Below are positions 39,952 to 52,654 of a stretch of 64,000 nt of DNA, piece by piece. The notes under the pieces are model-generated. The model did not search any database. It worked only from the letters and a program-made list of their open reading frames with translations, and was not told the origin of the DNA. The translations under genes and the position numbers were made by a program. The DNA comes from Octopus sinensis (lineage: Eukaryota): the NCBI RefSeq assembly GCF_006345805.1, contig NC_043007.1, positions 52,762,001 through 52,826,000 on the forward strand, read 5' to 3'. Position 1 is the first letter of the stretch, and every line of letters begins with the position of its first letter.

Positions 39952-42900
39952 CTAATATTTAAAAAAATTAAATACAAATTATAGAAAGAGTAAAAAACCC
40001 ACATAATACAATAAATTATAGAACTAGCTAAATTTGAATACAAAGCTAGCACATACTTATTAGGTAGTAGTTAACATTTTGCAATTTGCTCTCTCAAAGG
40101 TGTTAGAGGAAATGAATTAATACCTATCTTCCATTTTCAGTATATCTTGAGAAAGATATTAAATTACTTCTGTGTTAATAGTGCCCCATTTTATTGCTGT
40201 AATCTACAACAAAATATATCCATAGAATTTCTAGTCAACACTTAATGTAACAACAAAGGTAAACATTATATCTATATTATATCTTGAGGCATATTCAAAC
40301 CTGTAAGAAAGTCATTTACTGTGTTTTGTTATAGAGAAAATTTCTCACTATAGACAAATGAATGTAAATACACCAAATCAGCTCACAGCAGCACCTGACC
40401 AAACTGGGATGTATGTATTTTGGAGTGGTTATCTTCTCTTCAACCACAGAAACCAGACAGAGAGGTACTGTGAGCTGGCACAAGATACAGTCTCCCTCTC
40501 TCATATCATCATTCAATGACTGGTTGTGCTATTCATCTACCTGTCCAGTGGAACATGTTGGCTTCATTTCTTTCAAGTTTTTGCATGACCTCTGCAGTCA
40601 CAACCCATGTTTCACTACCATGTAGCATAGTTGTCCATACACAGGCATCATAAAGGTTGCTTTTCACTGAGAGAGAGAGAGAGACCCTTTTGTAACTAAT
40701 AAAGGTAATAGTTCTCTGAACTTGGCCCAGATGATTCTTATTCTAAAAACTATGCTTTCAAAGCATCCTCCTCCATTGCTAATTTGGTTGCTTAGGTAAT
40801 GAAAGCTATCCCCTACTTCTAAGGACCTCCTACCCAAACATTTGAAGAAGTCTATTTCCTTATATTCATTCTTAGTGTTTATTGTACATGCCACATACAA
40901 AGACTACAATTTTTGTTAACCTTCGTATGATACTGCTGCACCTCTTATGTATATATAATTTGCATTGCATACACTATATGGAATTGAGAAGGGTCATCTC
41001 CCAAAAGGGATTAGTAATGTTTCTGCTTTCCTACTTACTAGGCCCTTTGACTCTAGTCCTTTCTTCCACACCTGAAATTTCTTTTCTAATTCTTGTAGAG
41101 ATTCAGCTCTAAGAACAAGGTCATCATCATAGAGAAGCTCCCAAGACCAAAATTCTTCTGTTATAGCCTGAAGAAGTAGGACAAAGAGGAGGGGACTGTG
41201 AACTGATCCTTAGTGAACTTCTATCTGCACATTAAATTCATTGTATTACTCATTGCTAACTTTCACCTTACTGACAGCATCCTTGTACATAGCTTGGATG
41301 GCTCTCATGAACTATTCATCTACCTCCAGATGAGGGCTTTCTCCATGTTGATAAAAGACATGTACAGAGGTTTATTTTTTGCTCAATACTTCTCCTGCAG
41401 TTACCTTACAAGGAAAATAACATCAGTAGTGCTTCTCCTTGGCACAGAACCAAACTACATCTCATCCAGGCTAACTCTCTTCCTAATTAGCTGAGCCATG
41501 ACCCACTTTGAAACCATGCCTATCATTTAGCTTTGGAAGATGGGAACAAGGAAGAAGCCTGTTGTATGTATTGTCATCATCATTTAATGTCTGTTTTTCA
41601 TGCTGGTATAAGTTGTATGGTTTGACAGAATCTTGTGAGCCATAAGACTGCATCTAGCTTCAATATCAGCTCCAGTATGCTTTCTATACCTTTCCTGATG
41701 CCAACCACATATTTTGACATATGAATAAAGGCAGTATAAGTTTGTTGGCATGAATTTACATTCTTGATATTGTTAGGTCTGCTTTAAATGTTATAAATTA
41801 GAGATCTATTTCTCAACAAGGTTTCAGGAAGCAAGTAGCATTTTTGGTTGCAAATACACTACTTAACACTGGCAACTCAGTTGAGAGATAAATTACTCTT
41901 TATATTAAAAAAAAAGGACATCAAAAGGGACTGGTCTTAACACTTCTGCTGTAGAGTATAGGTCTTCTTGAGTACAGCAAGGTGCCAGGCATCTCAGTCC
42001 TTTGTCATCTCATCTGAAAGGTTCAGCATCCTGAGGTTGTTCTTCAGTACTTCATCCCATGTCTTCCACTTTCATGTGTTCCATCTATTTTGAGAGATTG
42101 GCACTTCTTTATGGAGTTGTCAGCATCCATCCACATCACATAACCAAACCAGTGCAGTCTTCTCTCTTGCACACAGCAACTAATTCCTCTTATGCTTAAC
42201 TTATCTCTCAAAACACTAGCACTGTTGAACATGTACACTTATATTACACATCTAGCAGAGCATACTAGTCTCATTGTTTTCTAACCTTTGCATGCCCTCT
42301 GCATTTAGAGCCCAAGTCTCACTACCATGTAGAATTGCTGTCAGTAAATATGCATCATACAATCTTCATTTTACTCAGAAAGAGAAACCTTTTGCAGCTA
42401 ACAGCTCTCTTCTCTGAATTTCCTCCATCCTATTCTTATTCTAGCCATTACACTCTATGTGTATCCTCTCCCACTACTGATTTGGTTTCCTAGGTAGTAG
42501 AAATTATGTACTACCTCTAATGAGCCACCAGGGAATTTGAGAGAATCAATTTCTTGAGTCTCTAAAGTTTTTATGGATCCTGTGCATCTTCCACATACAA
42601 AATGTAGCTGCTCTGATAAACCTCCTATTAATCCACTGCACCTCTTGTGCATCCACAGCTTTCACTTGCTACATTGTATGGAGTTTCTGCCTACATCTTT
42701 CCTACAAATTGAACAGGGCCACCTACCTGAGTGGAGTATGTTTCCATCAGTTTTCTTGTTTACTAAGGCCATAGTCTTTGCTAAGTTAACCTTAAGGCTT
42801 TTGGATTCCAGGTTTTTTTTCCATGCCTGGACTATCTCACCTAACTCTGATATGGAATCCACTATGGGGGCAAGATCATCAGCATATAATAGTTCCCAGG

Positions 42901-44419
42901 GGCTGCTGTTCTTGAATTCCTCTGGAAGATGATGAAAAGGAGGGGACTAAGAACTGAGCCTTTTATGAACCCCTACCTGTACACCAAATTATTTGCTGTA
43001 CTTGTGATTAACTCTTACCTTACAGACAGCATCTCTGTGCATAGCCTGTAAAACTTTCACCAGCCACTCATCTATCCCTAGCTTTGTCAGAGCCCACCAT
43101 ATCACACAGTGGGGCACTCTATTAAAGGCTTTCTCTAGATCAATGCATGCCATGTATAATTGTTTATTCTTAGCTAAGTACTTCTCTGATACTTTAAAAA
43201 TAATCATGCTTTCTATATGCACATTCATCTGGTTATCTCTAGTTTCTTTGGACATTAAATGGATAAGAAGAATGCACAACCAAAAAGATAAGCCAGTTCA
43301 TTGCAGTGAAAAGGACTGAATTTAGCACTGCATGTTAACAAATTATGTTCATTTTACAGAGCAGATCCTGCATATATTAATGAACAAAACAACTTATGAA
43401 AAAGCAAAAAACATTAGATAACATTCCTTCGCTATATATTTAAAAAATTTCTTACTACCAAGTCATTCTTGATTATGGGTAACAGCTAAAAAGAACATTT
43501 ACATGTATTTAAGTTTTAGGTAAATGCTTCCAGATTAGCAGCTTGTTTTTTTTTTAATATAATGATGAAATTAGTATTTTGTTAAAAATCTACCATGAAA
43601 TTTTGAAATATGCTTATAAAACTGATCCTAACCTCGGCTCCTAACAATAACACTAAGATTTTAGCCCAGCATGTTGAAATTTTAATTTCACTAAAAAATC
43701 ATGTTGGTGTATTGTGTATTTTAGTTTTAGGTAAATGCCTAAGTAAATAAGGACATTGTATGTAGCAGATGTCCTTGAGCAACTGGTAATCAGAACAGTA
43801 GTAAAATAAATTCTCTTCATTGCTTGGAATGCTCTATATTAGTAGTTGGTAGTTTTTGTTACCACACAGTCATGCCTGCACCTCCTATGTCTTGAAATTT
43901 CAAAATAAACTTAGAAAATTAAATCAAAATCAAAATCAAAATCGATCAACATCAATGGAAATTGTAGCTGGGATACCAGTGCCAGTGGCACATAAGAGAA
44001 CCATCCGAACGTGGCCGTTGCCAGCGCCGCCCCAACTGGCTTCCATGTCGGAGGCATGTAAAAAGCACCATCCAATCGTGGCCATTGCCAGCCTCGTCTG
44101 GCACCTGTGCCGGCGGCACGTAAAAAGCACCCACTACACTCATGGAGTGTTTGGCGTTAGGAAGGGCATCCAGCCGTAGAAACATTGCCAGATCAGACTG
44201 GGCCTGGTGCAGCCTTCTGGCTTCCCAGACCCCAGTTGAACCGTCCAATCCATGCTAGCATGGAAAGCGGACTCTAAACAATGATGATGATGATGAAACT
44301 GTAAGGCTTAATAGATAAGTTGCTTAATAGATACAGTAGCATGTACAATCAATATAAATAACATTTAACAAAAGCCCAATAAAATAATATGCAATAAATT
44401 AAAAGAATTCTTCACCTAC

Positions 44420-44474
44420 CCAACAACTGCATATTTTTCTTTATTCACAATAATAAATTCTCCAGGCTTCTTAC
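44420..44474 (-). CDS. VPS54: VPS54 coding exon, 55 nt: KKPGEFIIVNKEKYAVV(G)
   Basis: Acceptor ttttgctttttatctag and donor gtaggt. Matches VPS54 RKPAEVLIVEGQQYAVVG; phases 1 and 2 fit the neighbouring exons. Confidence 0.9.
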
Positions 44475-47432
44475 CTAGATAAAAAGCAAAAAGAAAATTC
44501 CTCTTAACACTGCAAATTAAACATCACCCACTTTTCTATTCTCACTCTCCAAGTTGAGAGCACTCTGTAGTCTTGAAACATACAAGATGACCTCATGATA
44601 CCATGATAACTTGAGCCTAATACACATTGTAAAGTGACTGGTATATCAGTTCAGACAGTGTAAGGTGGAATATCTCTAGTCTTTTTGAGGATATGATAAA
44701 TTTGTGAGAATGGTTAATGTTAGGAAGGACATCCAGCCATAGAAACTGTGCTAAAACCTAGATAGCCAAGTAAGATGTGGTTCTCTGACCCATCTATGAG
44801 AGTAGTAACTCTGAATAAGAACTTGGCTCAGATAATAATGAACTGTACACTCCATGCCGGTATAGAAACTGGATGTAAAATGATAATGTTGATGAAAATG
44901 ATATACACTAAATTGTAGTAGTTTGGCAGAGTTGTTACAGTGCTAGATAAAATACTTTCTGGTATTTGTTCTGAATGTCTGTGCTCTGTGTGCAAATCCC
45001 ACTATGCCTTTATTCCTTTAGGGCTTGATAAACTAGAGCACTAGTCCAAGACAGTGGGCTGAAGGAACAATTGGAGCCCATTACAAACTTTTCGCATTTT
45101 CCTTTTCTTTTCACTTGATGAATATGCATCAAGGAAGGGCATCCAGCTGTAGAAACACTGCCTGATCAGACTGGAGCCTAGTGCAGCCATTGGCTTACCA
45201 GACCCCGGTCGAACCTTCCAACCCGTGCTAGCGCGGAAAACGGACGTTAAACAATGATGATGAACAGTTGGGCATGGTATTTACAGGTCCACCTAAATCA
45301 ATGAAATTGATGCTATTAATGTTTCTCTTGAACCTTTATGCATGCATGCACACATACACAAATTCCATATGGTGTATCCAGTGCAGGTTAAAGACATACA
45401 AGAAGTGCAATGGAGTGACAGAAAGGTTAATGGAGAAAGGCTGGTATGTAGAAGATACAAAGGAGCCATAAAGACTAAAGATACACAAGAAATATATTTT
45501 CTCAAATATTATTACATAACAAAAGCTCTCTCCTTCTCTCTCTCTCTCTCTATCTATCTATCTAGGAAGATTGTTTGATGCTTGTGTACAGACAGCAATG
45601 CTACATGGTTGTGAGGTACGGGCCCTGAATAGAAAGAACATACAAAGACTAGAGAGGAATGATGCTAGTGTGCTTCACTAGATGTGCAATGTCAGTGTGA
45701 ATTTATGGCAAAGTGCTAATGTATTGAGAGAAAAATTAGGAATAAGAAGAAACAGCTGTAGTGTGCAAGAGAGAAAACTGCACTGGTTTGGTCATGTAAT
45801 GCATATGGATGAGGACAACTGAAGAAAGAAGAACTAGTTGCTTAAAGTTGATGGAACTTGTGGAACAGGGAAATCCAGGATGATATGGGACAAGGTATTG
45901 AAAGCTGATCTCAAGATGTCAAACCTTGTGGAGAAGATGACAAAGGATCAAGATGACCTGCAATTTGCTGTGCTTGAGAAGATGCATCCATTACACAAGA
46001 AATGGTATCCTAAAACCACTTTAGTTATCTTTGTACATGTGGAGCCTTGCCCATCTCCTAACCCACTCTGCCATGTCAAGCATTCCCTCCATTTTCCCTA
46101 CATCTTATCCCCTAACAGCCTTCACCTCTCTACCTATGGAACCCCACAGCTACTGTAATCACCTTTTACAGTAGGTACATATTATACATTCCCTTCTTTC
46201 CAGTTCCCTTCCTCCTTCTCTCTCCACCTGGAACCACTTCCATTTCTCATTATCATCCTTACCCACATTATTTCCATCAATCATCTCTCTCTCTCTTCTG
46301 CTATATTCCATTCTTAGCACATCTTTTATCTGCCCTTACATATCTATTATTATGCCCCATTTACTATAGGCATCACTCACCACACTTCCCTCACCATCAT
46401 ATATATTCCCCTCAACCCCCATCTCTAACCATTTCCCCTCACATGCTTATCAAACTGCTCCCTCTACCCTCTCCATCCATTGTCTGCATCCTCTTTCGTA
46501 TCCACATTGAGATGCTCTGGCATCCCACCACAGCCATTTTTATCATCTTTCCAGCTATTTCTATTCTTGTATAATGTTGGGTTGTCATGTATCTCTATAG
46601 CAAGATACCTGAGCTTGTCCTTCCATCACACTCTAGCCTCTGAACACTTGGAATAGAATCACTTCTCCTCCTTTCCCTTTCAAATACTACCGACCCCCAC
46701 TGCCATTTAGCCAAGGAGGCTTTTCCTTCTTTGTATTCTTTCTGTTTTACAAGTTACTAGGTAACCTCACCAGTGCTGGTTGTACAAAAAAATGCACCCA
46801 GTAAACTCTGTAGAGTGGTTGATATTAGGAAGGGCATACGACTGTAAAAATAATGCAAAAGGTGACATTGGATCTTGATGTAGCCCAATGGCTTGCTAGA
46901 TCCTGTCAAGCAGTTCAACACATGCCAGCATAGAAAATGGACATTAACGGTGATGATGATATACATATATATCATCATCACCATTTAATGATCATTTTCT
47001 ATGCTGAACTGCTTGACAGGACACACACACACACATATATATATATGAGCAAAACTCTCCCCACCCTGTCCAATGGACGGTGCTGAGTTGTCAAACATTT
47101 TAAACCAAATTTTCTCAAAACAACTTGTCTGACCGTCTCATAGGCCACCCTTTTGAGAAACACTGATTTAACCTAAATTTGAGACACCGTGCATTTTTCT
47201 CGCATACTCGTAGTATCGATTGCAACAGCTGATGTACTTGCACATAAAAATGCACGTTCCCATGGCTTTATTGATTGCATTCTCACCTGGAATTGATTTC
47301 TGTAATTTTTTCAAGACTTATACACGCCCTGATACCGTCGGTATCTACATATCAAATTTGAGCGCAATCGGATGGAGGATGTCCAAGATCCTAGAAGACA
47401 GAATAGCTTTTATATAATATATATATATATAA

Positions 47433-47806
47433 TATTCCTTTACTTGTTTCAGTCATTTGACTGTAGCCATGCTGGAGCACCACCATTAGTTGAACAAATC
47501 GACCCCAGGACTTATTCTTTGTAAGCCTAGTACTTATTCTATTAGACTCTTTTGTTGAATCGCTAAGTTATGGGGACATAAACACACCAACATTGGTTGT
47601 CAAGCAATGGTGGGGGCACAAACACACAAATACATATATATATATTTGACGGGCTTCTTTCAGTTTTTTCTACCAAATTCACTCACAAGGCTTTGGTTGG
47701 CCCAAGGCTATAGTAGGAGATACTCGCCCAAGGTGCCACAGTGGGACTGAACCTAGAATCATGTGGTTGGGAAGCAAACTTCTTACCACACAGCCACTCC
47801 TGTGCC
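47433..47806 (-). mobile_element. tRNA-derived SINE, near full length
   Basis: Head ggcacaggagtggctgtgtggtaag (A-box-like) and ggttcagtccc (B-box-like), conserved body, 3' ggtgctccagcatgg...tgactgaaacaagtaaag. Partial copies at about 14300-14448 (-) and 49190-49250 (+). Confidence 0.8.
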
Positions 47807-48051
47807 TATATATATACACACGTCCAGACCCCTCATACGCACTTATACTCTCTCATACACACACACACACACTTATACATACTAATACGTACTAATACAT
47901 ACTAATACATACTAATACATACACCAACCCCATACATACGCCTGTCCAGAACTATCCTAGGGTCATTCAACCCTATTATCAACCCTATTATCTCCCCTTA
48001 TTTCGCTCTCGCATCTCATGTTTGATCTTTGACCTCTGGCCGAAATCAGAT

Positions 48052-48262
48052 CGCCATGTTGATTCGTTAGTTACTGCACGCATTTTTTTTTCTCTCCTTC
48101 TTTCTGTGTTTTTTTTCTCTCTGTGTATCTTTCTGTTGAAGAGCGTAGGCTCGAAACGTTAAAGACTTGTTTTATTTATATTTCCTGAGCGCCATACTAA
48201 TACAATTGTTTGTTTGTTTTCCACCTGCCTTCGTCTTTTGTCTATTTTCATAAAGCTTCCCG

Positions 48263-48293
<31 letters not shown>

Positions 48294-48518
48294 CGCCATG
48301 ATAGCTCGTTAGCCATTACACACATTTTTTTCTCTCCTTGCTTCTTCTGTGTCCTTTTCTGTAGAAGAGCATAGGCTCGAAATGTAAAAGACTTTTTCTA
48401 TTCCTGAGCGTTATACTAATACATCTATTTGTTTTTGTACACCACCTGTCTTCGTCTTTTGTTTTTTTTTTGTAAACTCTCCCTATATATATATATATAT
48501 ATATATACATATATATAT
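48052..48518 (+). repeat. Tandem dimer of an about 240-bp repeat, each unit carrying a minimal hammerhead-like motif and a (TA)n tail
   Basis: Units start cgccatg at 48052 and 48294; motifs at 48128-48165 and 48355-48392. A third, more decayed copy lies at about 35530-35760. Confidence 0.75.
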
Positions 48519-48687
48519 AAAATACAAAATAGGACAAGAACGCAAAACATCCGGACAACTAGGTGATACAAAAAGGGACATCAAAACATCCAGATAGACG
48601 ATACAAAGAAAACAGGATGTTTTGTTGTCCCTTTTTGTATCACCTAGTTGTCCGGATGTTTTGCGTTCTTGTCCCATTTTGTATTTT
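48519..48687. mobile_element. Short foldback element in (TA)n, same termini as 34676-35471
   Basis: 73-bp arms 48519-48591 and 48615-48687 with 2 mismatches and a 23-nt loop. Terminal aaaatacaaa.tgggacaagaacgcaaaacat is shared. Confidence 0.88.
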
Positions 48688-48715
48688 ATATATATATATA
48701 TACTTTGTTCTCTTA

Positions 48716-48746
<31 letters not shown>

Positions 48747-51099
48747 CAGTTTCAAAAATTAAACAGGAGCACATCAAAGGAATAAACAAAAGATTTACAC
48801 ACAAGACATAGAACCACTGCTCCTCCTCTCCCTCTCAAATACTAACCCCATCCCACCATTTAGTCTTTTTATCCTTCCTGTTCTTCTTGGCAACCTCACT
48901 AGTGCTGGTGGTACAAAAGGGCAACCAGTAAACTCTATAGAGTGGTTCCTGGGTTACTGTATGCTGATGATCTTGCTCTCATAGTGGAATCTTTAACAAG
49001 ATTAGCATTCAAAAAATCATTACAATTTCATGCCTGTAACAATAAAATTGTTCATTTTTTGGTAGTGTCAAAAGTAACCAGCTGCTGGGAATAGTGAGCA
49101 AATGTTAAAAACAGTGATAAAAACAAACACAATACAGGTAGTGGGTGCAAATATAAATGTAAATATACAAAAAAAAAAAAAATAAATAATGGCGGTGCCC
49201 CAGCATGGCCACAGCTCATAAGCTGAAACTAGAATCAATCAATCAATCAATGAGCAGAAGAAAAAACAGCCATGTGATCTGAGACAAGACAATGTATGTA
49301 GAAGTAATGCAATGCAAAATGTCTGAAAGAACTGGAAATGGGATATCAGGAATGTTGACCAACAGAGGGATCTGTTATCCTAGTTGACAGCAGCATTATA
49401 GATAAGGCAATTAAGGATATGAAGACAGAGAAGGGTCCTGATCAAGTCGCCTGTATAGCTAATCAGGTTATATAAGATGTCATAGTGACTGGTGCAGAAG
49501 CATTATAGTCAACTGTTTACAAAGGCAAAAGGGATACTTTAGATAGACGTAATTATGAAGGTATCAAATTACTGAAACAGGTTATGGAAGTTATAGCCCA
49601 ATTAATTAAAAACACATTTAAACTAGATCTTGGTTTCATGCTGGAAAGTACAACTGACATATTCTTAGACAACTACAGAAGTATTTAGATGTGTAAACCT
49701 TTGTATTTAGCATTTGTTGACATGGAGAAAGCCTTCAACAGAGTCCCTTGCTCTGTGTTATGGTGGTCTCTGAGGAAGCTAGGAGTAGACAAATAGCTTG
49801 TAAAAGCCATACAAGGCATATACAGGGGTTCAGCTAGTAAGATAAGAGTTAGCTATAAGTTCAGTGATAAATTTTATACAGTGTACAAAGTGCAAGCTAT
49901 GGACACACAAGAGATGTAGTGGAATCAAAGGAAGGCTTACAGAGAAAATAGCCTTTGTATGTGGAAAATGTGCAGAAACAACAAACACTACGAAAATATG
50001 GAAAATAGATTTTCTGAAATGCTCTATTTTGTTTGTGGACCCCTTGAGAGCAATCTTATCATCTGTGGACCCCATATATACACATGCAAATTTTTGAAAT
50101 AAAATATTTGTTTGTAGGTTAGTAAAAACTAACAATGAAACAATTTCATTATATTTATAACACTAGCTGAAGGTGAGTGTGTGGTTATTACTTTCAGTTG
50201 CTTCCTTTCTATTTCTTATCACCACATTCTCCCTCTTGTTTGTCTCTCCTTTCTCAATTTCCACTCTCTTACTCTTCCTTTCTCTTGGACTCTTCTTCGC
50301 TTTCTCTTACTCTCTATCTTTCACTATCTATCTCTCGCCCATTTATAAAGAACAAAAGATCTTAAGTAAGTTGAGAAAGGAAATATTTTGAAAGATCAAT
50401 CATAAATATCAGGCAGTGACAACAGAAAGGTCTGTTTCAAGGTGGACAGCAAAACACTAACATTTAAAAGGGACAGACGAACTTGCGAGCTGAATAAAAC
50501 TTTAAAAAATATTGGAAACCAAAGTTTGAAGGGATAGAATCTGAGGATAATAGACTTGCCATGGCTGGCATTTCTTAACGATGGACAGCAACGTATTGAC
50601 AGTTTAACGGCTGGCTGAACTTTATGTAAAAGAAAATTCCTAAACACCAAGTTTTGAAGTGATTCTTTCTCACAACAGTAGACTCACAATGGCAGGCATT
50701 CAAAACTTCTTCATGACGGACGGCAACACATTGACAATTTGAAGGCTGGCGCAAATTTTTTAGCTTGATGTAACAGAGAATTCCTAAACACCCGCTCCTT
50801 TCAATTTTAATCCCCTTCCAGCCCCATTTAGACCCCTTTTCACATTTTGGTTAATATAACCCGATTTCATTTGGGTCTACTTGGGCCATATTTTAAAAGA
50901 TGAGGTATTTTGTCCTTAAGGAAAGAAAGAAGGAGAATTCAACGTTTCAAGTGGAGCTCTTCGTCAGAAATATAGGAAAAGGAAAGATTCAAGGAAGGGA
51001 AGACGGAGGAAAAAAATCGCCAACAGTACACACGCGGTCACATTTTGAATGACCGGAAAGGAATGGGTGAAGAAAAAGTGCTTTCAAAGACGGGAGAGT

Positions 51100-51983
51100 G
51101 CAAGAGAAGGAGGTATGTGTGTGTGTATGTGTGTAATGATAGCACGTGTGTGTGTGTGTGTGGTTGTGGCTGTTAATCTGTGTGTGGTTCTTGTGTCTAC
51201 CTACCCATGTGCGTAGAAGAATGGTCAGTGGAAGGTACTGGTAGTTTGAAGTATGTGCGTGTATGCATATGTATTGTGTGTGTGTTTTGTTTGTAGTGTG
51301 TGTGTGTGTATGTATGTGTTTGTGTGTGTATGCATAAAGGTTGTGTGTGTGGGGAATAATTGTGCTTTACTTTATGTATGTGTGCGTGTGTGCTTGTATG
51401 TGCGTATACATGTATGTATGAGTGTGTACTGTGTGTATAGGAGGTATGTGTGGGTTCATTTGTGTGAGTCTGTATGTGCGTATTGTGTGTATGTGTGTAT
51501 GCGTATGTGGCTGTATATACGTGTATCTGTGGGGTTGTGTGTTATTCGTGTGCGCATGTTTGTGTGCGTCTGTGTCTGTGTCTATATGTGTATACGTGTG
51601 TGTGCGCGTGTAAGCATATATTGTGTGTGTATGTATATGTGTGTATGTGAATTTGTGTATGTGTGTGTGTGTGCGGGTTGTGTGTGTGAGGGTTTGTGTA
51701 GGCGTAATGTGCATGCGTGTGCTTGTGTGTGTGTGCGTGTGTGTTTGTGCCCATGTGAGTATAATTGTGTGCGTGTCTGTATGTGTATTGTTTGTTGTAG
51801 GTATATGTGCGAACCTGTGCTAGTGTGTGTATGTATGTGTGTATATGTGTGTGTGCGAGTATTATGTGCATATGTATGTGCATGTGTGTATGTGCTTGCG
51901 TGTGTATATGTGCTTGCGTGTGTATATGTGCTTGCGTGTGTATATGTGTGTGTGAACGTGGAGATGTGTGTCAGGTTGTGTGC

Positions 51984-52021
<38 letters not shown>

Positions 52022-52084
52022 TACATACACGCTTTATATGTGTGTGTACGCATTGTATATACAAATTATATATATATAATATAT

Positions 52085-52140
<56 letters not shown>
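51100..52140. repeat. TG/TA-rich compound microsatellite
   Basis: Degenerate (TG)n followed by (TA)n. Other microsatellites: (TA)n at 20520-20665, (AAT)/(GAT)n at 12158-12215, (GATT)/(GATA)n at 34555-34655. Confidence 0.95.
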
Positions 52141-52141
<1 letters not shown>

Positions 52142-52454
52142 TACAGATATATACACTTTGTATATATACATTATATATACATATTTATATATAGACTAGC
52201 ATTAAAGACCCGTCGTTGCTGGGTCATAGTGCTAGTGCATATATATATGTGTATATATATGTGTAGATATTACATGTACATTTATATATATACATCTACA
52301 CATAAAATGCAAAATACAAAGTTATATCTTGATATCGCTAGTGATAACAATTCTCAAAATATATAACAAAATATATTGTTAGCCCATCTCTTGTAATTTT
52401 GCTCAATTGTATCTTGTCCTCTCTTTTGTATAGAAGTGTGGCCTACCTCATTTA

Positions 52455-52654
52455 AAATTTTTTTCCGGGACATCCTACGTCCCAGATATAATGGTAAAAA
52501 TAAAATATTTCCACTTTGCAAGTTTGAGTCGAGTACTCCCTTGCACGCTCCGTTGATTCGAACCTTGCTTCTATTGTGGCGAATTTACCGCCTCTGATTA
52601 GATATCTTTCATAAGTCGCACCAAGACACTTTTCGAGGGTGCTTTCCTCCATGT
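52455..52654 (-). pseudogene. Right half of a split, more distant ORF1 fragment (left half at about 56347-56412)
   Basis: MEESTLEKCLG...RGGKFATIEARF then, after a frameshift, LPLYLGRRMSR. Homologous to IEKCLG...RGKKYGTVEVR...WPSYKGRRGVR of the two inserted copies. Confidence 0.8.

Noticed and set aside
47740-47806. tRNA gene
   Set aside because: A and B boxes are present but there is no full cloverleaf, and it continues into a SINE body.
51253-52140. 295-aa Cys/Val-rich ORF and overlapping His/Thr-rich ORFs
   Set aside because: Translation of a TG/CA microsatellite, which lacks stop codons by composition.
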